Source: Candidatus Ozemobacteraceae bacterium
Lineage (GTDB): Bacteria > Muiribacteriota > Ozemobacteria > Ozemobacterales > Ozemobacteraceae
Direction of reading: 5' to 3'
NCBI GenBank assembly: GCA_965140445.1
Contig: OZ223236.1
Span: 1,440,001-1,504,000, forward strand
Length of the DNA stretch: 64,000 nucleotides
Below are positions 56,899 through 64,000 of the stretch, piece by piece. The notes beneath the pieces were generated by a model, which did no database searches, was not told where the DNA came from, and saw only the letters and a program-made list of their open reading frames with translations. Position numbers and translations under genes: made by a program. The stretch's first letter is position 1, and each line of letters starts with the position of its first letter.

Positions 56899-59163
56899 AT
56901 GAGTAATCAGGAAAAAACAAGAGGCCGTGGTGAGCCTGATGTTTCAAATAAATTTGGAACTTTTGGGGGAGTGTTCACCCCCAGCATACTAACTATTTTT
57001 GGCGTGATAATGTTTATGCGCGCCAACTTTGTAATTGGTCAGGCTGGTGTTTTTTATGCAATTTTAATTCTTGTAATAGCCAAGTTGATTACTCTACTGA
57101 CTTCTTTATCCATTGCCGCAATTGCAACCAATATGCAGGTTCGCGGTGGCGGTGCATATTTTATGATTTCCAGGGTTCTTGGCCCCGAATTTGGCGGAGC
57201 GATTGGACTGGCTCTTTTCTTTGCTCAGGCACTTTCTGTTCCATTTTATATTCTAGGTTTTACTGAGGCATTTATAAGAGCTTTTCCAGGGTTAAGCGAG
57301 CACTTTACAGTAATTGCTCTTATTTCTGCCGCTGCCTTATTCGTTGTAGCATACGTCGGAGCAAGCTGGGCGATAAAGACGCAATTTATAATTATGGTAG
57401 TTCTTTTTTCTGCTATATCTGCTTTTATGATCGGTGCTGGGTCTAATTTTTCATTTGAAATGCTTAAATTGAACTGGGGAAGCGGGTATACGGCTTCTTC
57501 TTCCGGCGGGACTTATAATTTCTGGCTGATATTTGCAATTTATTTTCCTGCAGTAACTGGAATCCTGGCGGGAATTAACATGTCTGGGGATTTAAAAGAA
57601 CCTGAAAAAAGCATTCCAGTTGGAACTCTTTATGCTGTGGGCGTTGGTTTTATTGTTTATTTTATTCAGGCTGTTATTTGTGGAGGAGCTTTTGCAAGAG
57701 CTGATCTTATAAACACTCCATATCAGGTTCTTGTTAAATGCGCACCTTTGGGGGCAGGATGGTTAGTTGCAGCTGGCGTTTATGCAGCAACACTATCGAG
57801 TGCATTAGGCAGCTATTTAGGCGCTCCTCGTATTCTTCAGGCAGTTGCCCGTGATGGCATTGTTGAAAATCTCAAGCCGTTTGCTAAAGGCACACCAGTT
57901 AATGATGAACCTAGAAGAGCCCTCATACTGACGGGGTTCTTAACTGTGCTGGTAATTCTTTGGGCAGGAAATGAAACTGAGGGTGGGGCATTAAATATTG
58001 TCGCCTCAATTATCTCTATGTTTTTCCTTTATACCTATGGGATGGTAAACCTGGCAGCATTCATTGAAGCATATAGCTCTAATCCGTCATTTAGGCCAAG
58101 ATTTAAATGGTTCCATTGGATTTCAGCACTGGTAGGGGCTCTTGGCTGTGTTGGAGCAGCTTTTTTGATTGACGCTAAAGCTGCTATTGGTGCAGTTGTG
58201 GTGCTTGCCTTATTGTTAAATTATGTTCGCAATAAAGAGTTGAAAAGCACTTTTGGAGATGCTAGACGCGGTTTTTTCTTTACTGCTGTTAGAGATAACC
58301 TGCTTAGACTTAGAGATATGGATGAAGATTCAAGAAACTGGCGACCAACGATTCTTGTTTTTTCAGGTAACCCAACATCCAGAGAAACTTTGGTTAGCTA
58401 TGCTGTTTGGCTTGAATCTGGACGTGGGATAGTTATCCTTGCGAATATTCTTCAGGGAACCACGGTAAATCTGGTTAGAAAAAGAGAAGCAGCAATAAAG
58501 CAATTGAACATGTTTTGTGCAGAAAAGGATATTCAGGCATTCCCTCAGGTAGTTATAGCTCCGGAAATTGCATCAGGAATCAGCATGTTTCTACAGGCCT
58601 CATCGCTGGGACCAATTAGACCAAATATAACAATGTTTGGTTGGTCAGAAGAATATAAGAGCATTGATATGTTGATGAAATATCTGCGTGAAGCAGATCA
58701 TATGAAGATGGGGCAGGTTTTGTTGAACGATTGCGGAATGCCACCAGTTAAGGGTAAAAAGCGTATTGATTTATGGTGGAGGGGGCGAAAGAATGGTTCC
58801 CTTATGATGGTTCTTGCTCACTTGTTAGTGAATAACTGGGAATGGGCTGGAGCAGAAATCAGAGTTTTAAGACTTATTGAAAATGAAGCTGGAAAAATGC
58901 CAGCTTTAGAAGCTTTACAAAAACTGGTTGAGTCTGCCAGAGTGGGTGCTATCGCCGAAACTATTGTTTCTGATAAGCCTTTTATAGAAGTTCTCCATGA
59001 AGTGTCAATTGACTCAACATGCATAATGCTTGGTTTTGAAATTCCACCTGAAGGGGCTGAAGGTGGATGGTATGAATTTAATAAAAAGATGCTTAGAGGG
59101 CTTCCTACTACAATGCTGGTGCATTGCTGCAGGGATGATGATTTGCTTGAAGAAGGACTCTAA
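56899..59163 (+). CDS. Cation-chloride cotransporter (SLC12/CCC-like, amino acid permease superfamily)
   Basis: FGTFGGVFTPSILTIFGVIMF, GGGAYFMISRVLGPEFGGAIG, FPAVTGILAGINMSGDLK, PSFRPRF, NWRPTILV, IDLWW. Confidence 0.9.
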   Translation: MSNQEKTRGRGEPDVSNKFGTFGGVFTPSILTIFGVIMFMRANFVIGQAGVFYAILILVIAKLITLLTSLSIAAIATNMQVRGGGAYFMISRVLGPEFGGAIGLALFFAQALSVPFYILGFTEAFIRAFPGLSEHFTVIALISAAALFVVAYVGASWAIKTQFIIMVVLFSAISAFMIGAGSNFSFEMLKLNWGSGYTASSSGGTYNFWLIFAIYFPAVTGILAGINMSGDLKEPEKSIPVGTLYAVGVGFIVYFIQAVICGGAFARADLINTPYQVLVKCAPLGAGWLVAAGVYAATLSSALGSYLGAPRILQAVARDGIVENLKPFAKGTPVNDEPRRALILTGFLTVLVILWAGNETEGGALNIVASIISMFFLYTYGMVNLAAFIEAYSSNPSFRPRFKWFHWISALVGALGCVGAAFLIDAKAAIGAVVVLALLLNYVRNKELKSTFGDARRGFFFTAVRDNLLRLRDMDEDSRNWRPTILVFSGNPTSRETLVSYAVWLESGRGIVILANILQGTTVNLVRKREAAIKQLNMFCAEKDIQAFPQVVIAPEIASGISMFLQASSLGPIRPNITMFGWSEEYKSIDMLMKYLREADHMKMGQVLLNDCGMPPVKGKKRIDLWWRGRKNGSLMMVLAHLLVNNWEWAGAEIRVLRLIENEAGKMPALEALQKLVESARVGAIAETIVSDKPFIEVLHEVSIDSTCIMLGFEIPPEGAEGGWYEFNKKMLRGLPTTMLVHCCRDDDLLEEGL

Positions 59164-59387
59164 AAAAAGCTCTTGATGATACTCTGCAAATCAGCAGCAA
59201 GTGTGAATAAAGCGCATCCCACTATTAATATCCATATTGGGAGACGTTGCATAAAATAAGAATCTGGTTCATTGGAAAATTCGGAATCTTCTGGTTCTGA
59301 AACCAGATCATTCCAATGATGAAAGCCATAAAAGAAAAAGGCCAGCATCAAAATAAAGACGCAAAAGTTAAATAAAACTATCCACAT
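59160..59387 (-). CDS. Small two-TM membrane protein
   Basis: 75 aa, two hydrophobic segments, SD GAGGT. Confidence 0.55.
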   Translation of the reverse strand: MWIVLFNFCVFILMLAFFFYGFHHWNDLVSEPEDSEFSNEPDSYFMQRLPIWILIVGCALFTLAADLQSIIKSFF

Positions 59388-59440
59388 AATTACCTCTGTG
59401 GACTGATTTTATACTCCATTAACAGATAAATCAATTGGGA

Positions 59441-60775
59441 TTAACTTGAGGGTTCCGCCAGTTTTGCCATTTCGGTCATGGTAACAAATTTGTATCCATT
59501 GGCTTTAAAGGCCTTAATTAAAGTGGGGAGAACTGTGAGTACTCCTGGGTGAATATCATGAAAGAGAATTATACTTCCTGGGGTAACTGAGCGCATAACC
59601 TTATAAAGAACTTTAGATGGGTCTTTTATCTCCCAGTCCCGGCTGTCAGAATCCCACATTACCTGATGCCATCCTTGACGATGGATAAGATTTTCAATTC
59701 TTGTATTGGTATGACCAAAAGGAGGTCTGACGAACTTACATGGTTTTGAAGTAATTCCTGATATTAAATCTGCAGTTCTTTGTAAAGTTGCCATTGCGAG
59801 CTTATCACTAAGCTTGGTAAGTGATTTATGCTGCCAGGAATGATTCCCCACATCATGCCCTTCTATGGCCATACGTGTAATTATATCTGGATAGGTTTCA
59901 GCTCTGCTCCCGACTACAAAAAAGGTACCTTTAATATTTTCAGCTTTCATAATATCAAGTAATCTGTTGGTGAAAGTATGATGAGGCCCATCATCGAAGG
60001 TAACTGCAACAAACTTCTCATTAGGTTTAGCGTTAAAAGAAGCAATGATCTGGGAGCATGAAGCCACAGTTAGAGGTTGAATCGGGTATTCAAAACTTTT
60101 TTTTCTAAACTTTTTTGCGACAGAGGGAGTTTGAGATTTTTGATACGTATTTTGAGAACCGTAAGTATTTGGAATAAGCGGATGCAGTCCTATATTTCCA
60201 CTTTCGACAGGAGGTTTATAGCTTCCAAATGACATCAGTTTCTCGGTTTTATCAATTGTAGGAATTTGAACGTGATAACCCATCTCACTTAACTTTGAAA
60301 TAGCGGGCTGAAAACCAGGCTTCTTTTTCAGACATTCCATGAAATTAGCGTAAGCTTGGCCGTAGTTGCCCTCTTCTTTTTCAAGAAGGCCAAGATTGTA
60401 GTAAATCCAGTATGAGGAAGAAATAGCCAGACCGGCTCTGAATACAAGTCTTGCATCGTCTTTTCTTCCCATTTGTTTATATGCAGAACCGAGATTGTTG
60501 TAAAGATGTATGTACGAAGAGTCTATTGAAAGGCCATATTTCCAGATTTTTATGGCGTCTTCCAGTTTTCCTGATTTGGCATAAATAATTCCGAGAGAAT
60601 TAATGGTAGGAATATCCCTTGGATTGCTATTTAGTTTTGCCCTTAAAATGTTGAAATCCCTCATCAAATCAGGAGGGGCATTGTTCTCAAAATTGTTAGC
60701 CCTTGCCCCAGAACAAATGCTCAAGACAAAAATAAAGGCTAAAATAGGTTTTAAATAGCTCATTTTTTTATTCAT
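59441..60775 (-). CDS. TPR + NodB-type polysaccharide deacetylase
   Basis: Signal peptide, TPRs (NSLGIIY, YNNLG, YYNLG), TFDDGP, GNHSWQH, RPPFG, DSRDW, ILFHD. Confidence 0.92.
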   Translation of the reverse strand: MNKKMSYLKPILAFIFVLSICSGARANNFENNAPPDLMRDFNILRAKLNSNPRDIPTINSLGIIYAKSGKLEDAIKIWKYGLSIDSSYIHLYNNLGSAYKQMGRKDDARLVFRAGLAISSSYWIYYNLGLLEKEEGNYGQAYANFMECLKKKPGFQPAISKLSEMGYHVQIPTIDKTEKLMSFGSYKPPVESGNIGLHPLIPNTYGSQNTYQKSQTPSVAKKFRKKSFEYPIQPLTVASCSQIIASFNAKPNEKFVAVTFDDGPHHTFTNRLLDIMKAENIKGTFFVVGSRAETYPDIITRMAIEGHDVGNHSWQHKSLTKLSDKLAMATLQRTADLISGITSKPCKFVRPPFGHTNTRIENLIHRQGWHQVMWDSDSRDWEIKDPSKVLYKVMRSVTPGSIILFHDIHPGVLTVLPTLIKAFKANGYKFVTMTEMAKLAEPSS

Positions 60776-60812
60776 TGGCTAATTTATCGACAGAAAAAAA
60801 GGTATTTGTGAC

Positions 60813-62039
60813 TCAATATGCATTTAAAGTTCTGACAAAACAACTCCATATTCTTTTAGAAAGACTCGTTGATGCACCTGAAATGAGCTGTTTAAAATTG
60901 CTTGATGGGTTAAAATCTGGAGCAAAACTACGCGCAACGGAGAGGAAAATGGAATTTAGAATGTGAGAATTTTTAATGGCAGCATCATTTTGCATAAAAA
61001 TAATTTTGTTTCTAACTTCTTCTACCTCTTCCGGTGAAAATTGAAAAAGATATGGAATGCCTTGTAAAAGCATAAGCATTTTTAATGTTCCAATTTTCCT
61101 GATATTCGTTTTTCTGCTTTGTAGCCACACTAGTCGCTGACGTAAAATGGATTTACTAATTTCAGGAATCGCTACCGGACTATAAAAAAGAGCTGAAATA
61201 ATCATAGACTCAAATAGCTTGGAGGTCATTTTCCCTAAAAAGAGCGGTGGTAGAAGAAAGTCTGAGTCTAATTGGCCGCTTTTCGTTTGCCAGAGTGGCA
61301 TTATATTGAAAAGCTTTTTTAATGGATGCAAAAAAGATACTGAATATCTGCTCGCCATAGCAAGAATGGCTCCAGCACAGAGACTGGTAGAAATCTTTCC
61401 ATAGATTGGGTTCGAAGAGAAGAAAAATGATCCGTCGCTATTCTGGAACTCTTGAATCTGCTTTCCGATAGCGATTAATTTTTCGGTTGGGACTTTTAGT
61501 CCTCGATTTACAGCTTCGTTGCATGCTTTAAATAATGGATAGCTTGTGTGACACGAAAAGCAGTTATTGGATTGATTAAAATTAAACGTTTCTATGCTTA
61601 ATCTATAAAGCTCATCCTCAACGGCCTGCAATTTTTCAGAAGTTCCAAAAATCTCAATTGGTTTTGCATTGTTTATATTTGTGGGAAGTTCATCGGTTGT
61701 GGGGGGCGAAAAGGCAACTGGAATAAGTTCAAAACTCTTGAATAATCCGGTGGGATTTTCAAAATGAATGCTGGAGTTCTGTTTCTGCAACGCAGACACT
61801 TGACGATAATCGCGGCTTTTGAAAACAGACAAAGTACATTTGTTTGATTTGCCCCAGATAGTTGGGGCAAAAGCTGGAATTTTTATCAGCGAAATACTGT
61901 AGGTCGCAGGGAGAACTATCCGAACTGAATTTAGCCCGGTTTCAATTTTGTAGTCGATTTTCTTGCTTTGTCCATTCAAAAGACCTGGCAAAAGAAAAAG
62001 AAACAAAAAAGTAAATTTAATTGTCCTTGGAAATCCCAT
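60813..62039 (-). CDS. Exported hypothetical protein with CFSCH motif and prenyltransferase-like repeat
   Basis: Signal peptide; CFSCHTSYP; FQNSDGSF; WQTKSGQL. Confidence 0.55.
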   Translation of the reverse strand: MGFPRTIKFTFLFLFLLPGLLNGQSKKIDYKIETGLNSVRIVLPATYSISLIKIPAFAPTIWGKSNKCTLSVFKSRDYRQVSALQKQNSSIHFENPTGLFKSFELIPVAFSPPTTDELPTNINNAKPIEIFGTSEKLQAVEDELYRLSIETFNFNQSNNCFSCHTSYPLFKACNEAVNRGLKVPTEKLIAIGKQIQEFQNSDGSFFFSSNPIYGKISTSLCAGAILAMASRYSVSFLHPLKKLFNIMPLWQTKSGQLDSDFLLPPLFLGKMTSKLFESMIISALFYSPVAIPEISKSILRQRLVWLQSRKTNIRKIGTLKMLMLLQGIPYLFQFSPEEVEEVRNKIIFMQNDAAIKNSHILNSIFLSVARSFAPDFNPSSNFKQLISGASTSLSKRIWSCFVRTLNAY

Positions 62040-63351
62040 ATTTTTTTAACTTGTAGTGCAAATTTTGTCGGGTTACCCCAAGAATGGCTGCAGCCCTGGA
62101 GTAATTCCATTTAGCAGTTTCTAAGGCCTGAATAATAATGGTTTCCTCAATCTTGCCTATTGTGTCCATTAGAGGTTGATCAGAGGATATATCAAAGTCC
62201 TGTTCACTGTCTCTTGGCAAGCTGACATCTTCGCTGGTCAGTAACCCAACTTTTTTTAAAATAACTGCTCTTTCAATGCAATTTTCTAACTGGCGAACAT
62301 TCCCAGGCCAGGTATATTCAGAAAGATATTCAAACAGATCCTCGGTAGCTCCATCAATTTTTCTATTATGTTTTTTAGAGTATTTCTTAATGAAAAAATT
62401 AACCAGGGCAACTATGTCCTTTTTCCTTTTCCGTAAAGGGGGAAGGTCGATTTCAACAACATTGATTCTATAAAGCAGGTCTTCACGAAAATTGCTATTT
62501 CGAACCTCTTCCTTGAGGTTTTTATTTGTTGCTGAAATGATTCTTACATTTGAGCTTAATTCATTTGTGGCTCCAACTGGCTTAAAAATACCATCTTGCA
62601 ACACTCTCAAAAGCTTTGCTTGATTTGGCAAAGTTAAATCGCCAATTTCATCAAGAAACAGTGTTCCGCCCTCAGCTTCTGAAAAGAGCCCGGATTTGTC
62701 GGCGTATGCGTTAGTAAAGCTACCTTTTTTGTGGCCAAACATTTCGCTCTCAAAAAGTGCTTCAGGGATTGCGCTGCAATTTACTGCTACAAACCTGCTA
62801 TTTTTGCGCAAAGAATTTTCATGAATTGCTCTTGCGACCAACTCTTTGCCTGTGCCGCTTTCGCCATTTACAAGAACCGTACTGTCGGTGTCAGAAATGT
62901 CATTAATCATTCTTTTAACTGCCTGCATTTCATTAGAATGACCGATCAAACCAGTGGGTTGGGGTTTGGCGTCTTTATCTGCAATTTTTTGTGTGTCGAG
63001 TATTGTATAAACTGCTTCTTTCAATTCACTTATTTCGAATGGCTTTAGCAAATAGTCTTTTGCACCCAGTTTTACTGCGGTGACAGCAGTCTCAACTGAA
63101 GAAAAAGCGGTCATTAGAATGAATGGAATTTCCGGCATACTTTCGCCAACTCTTCTTAGTAACTCTATTCCAGTCATACCACTCATGCGAATGTCTGAAA
63201 TTACCAAGTCTGCTCCACGTTTTTGTATAAATTCCAGGCCCTCGCCAGGATTCGAAAAATCAAATACTTCGTGTCCGTCCATTTCTAATGCACGTTTTAA
63301 CGCTTTTAAAAGTTTTACTTCATCGTCTATAACAACTATTTTATTTTTCAT
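62017..63351 (-). CDS. Sigma54-dependent response regulator (NtrC/AtoC/PilR family)
   Basis: Receiver (VIDDE, SDIRM, KPF), GESGTGKE, ESEMFGHKKGSFTNA (GAFTGA variant), WPGNVRQLEN, Fis HTH. Confidence 0.93.
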   Translation of the reverse strand: MKNKIVVIDDEVKLLKALKRALEMDGHEVFDFSNPGEGLEFIQKRGADLVISDIRMSGMTGIELLRRVGESMPEIPFILMTAFSSVETAVTAVKLGAKDYLLKPFEISELKEAVYTILDTQKIADKDAKPQPTGLIGHSNEMQAVKRMINDISDTDSTVLVNGESGTGKELVARAIHENSLRKNSRFVAVNCSAIPEALFESEMFGHKKGSFTNAYADKSGLFSEAEGGTLFLDEIGDLTLPNQAKLLRVLQDGIFKPVGATNELSSNVRIISATNKNLKEEVRNSNFREDLLYRINVVEIDLPPLRKRKKDIVALVNFFIKKYSKKHNRKIDGATEDLFEYLSEYTWPGNVRQLENCIERAVILKKVGLLTSEDVSLPRDSEQDFDISSDQPLMDTIGKIEETIIIQALETAKWNYSRAAAILGVTRQNLHYKLKKYGISKDN

Positions 63352-63387
63352 AAGCTATTCTAACTCAACTCCTGAAATTCAAAGAAT

Positions 63388-63999
63388 CTACGCTGCTTTT
63401 GGCAGGGGAAGATAAATCTCAAAGCTTGTCCAATTGTCGTTTCGGGTTGCTTCAATTTTCCCTCCATGCCCTTCAACTATCGCCTGGCAAATTGCAAGCC
63501 CTAAGCCTGTTCCTTGGGCCTTGGTGGTTACTAATGGTTCAAAAATGTGTTCCACTGGGCAATCAAAAGACTTGCCATTGTTTTCAACTTTTAACAGGAA
63601 AAATTTTTCGGTAATTAGAGCTTCAATCTTGATTTGCGGCTTATCTGTTTCTGATAATGCATCTTGTGCATTTCTAATGAGATTGCTGAGCACCTGGCAG
63701 ATTCCAACTTCATCAATTCGAATTTCTCCCTCTGGAAATCTGGGTTTTTCAAAAACGATATCTGTTTGTGCAAAGTTTTGTAGATATGGATTTGTCATTT
63801 TTTCAAATGCATCTTTTATGGACACTTTAGATAATTTTGGGGTTTGTTTTGCGGTATAGCTTTTCAAAGAGTCGATTATATTTTTGCATCTTTTAACTTC
63901 TTCAATTATTGAATCAAGATCTTCATGGTCAATATCTAAACCTTTATTTGCAGCCTCTTTTATTAAACCTGCGGTAACAAGTATGGTGCCAAGGGGATT
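63388..63999 (-). CDS. Sensor histidine kinase (5' end outside the window)
   Basis: Open frame from the window edge: NPLGTIL (HisKA end), QVLSNLIRNA, IFEPLVTTK, GTGLGLAI. Confidence 0.9.
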   Translation of the reverse strand, partial: NPLGTILVTAGLIKEAANKGLDIDHEDLDSIIEEVKRCKNIIDSLKSYTAKQTPKLSKVSIKDAFEKMTNPYLQNFAQTDIVFEKPRFPEGEIRIDEVGICQVLSNLIRNAQDALSETDKPQIKIEALITEKFFLLKVENNGKSFDCPVEHIFEPLVTTKAQGTGLGLAICQAIVEGHGGKIEATRNDNWTSFEIYLPLPKAA

Positions 64000-64000
64000 G

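Overview
AT-rich bacterial chromosomal window of almost wall-to-wall CDSs. I found no rRNA, tRNA, CRISPR array, integrase or transposase. A secretin and an outer-membrane beta-barrel point to a diderm. The mix of HEAT-repeat proteins, SLH proteins and pilin trios is reminiscent of Candidatus Riflebacteria, but that is a low-confidence impression, not a search result. Housekeeping genes: ahcY (partial), cvfB-like, pncB-pncA, an ABC-F ATPase, clpS-clpA, def, an M48 protease, an SPFH protein, a YaiI-family protein, a cation-chloride cotransporter, and a sigma54 two-component pair. The main accessory feature (about 29.2-56.7 kb) is a hybrid type IV filament / T2SS-like machine. It has a secretin, a PilB/GspE ATPase, PilMNO(P)-like proteins, PilC/GspF, a HEAT protein, two SLH proteins and five (pseudo)pilins, one with an Ig-like domain and one with a carbohydrate-binding domain. 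Next to it is a giant (~3,300 aa) Ig/FN3 surface protein built from a ~1,250-aa tandem duplication with two unrelated 'head' regions. This gene is split by a 1-nt frameshift at a G5 run. A second HEAT + PilX/PilV/PilW-like pilin cassette lies at 3.8-11 kb. Also notable are an ECF sigma/anti-sigma operon carrying two mini-MotA-like membrane proteins without MotB, and two tandem perfect palindromes (shared TTCGA-N6-TCGAA core) in front of an ArsR-DUF2087 operon.
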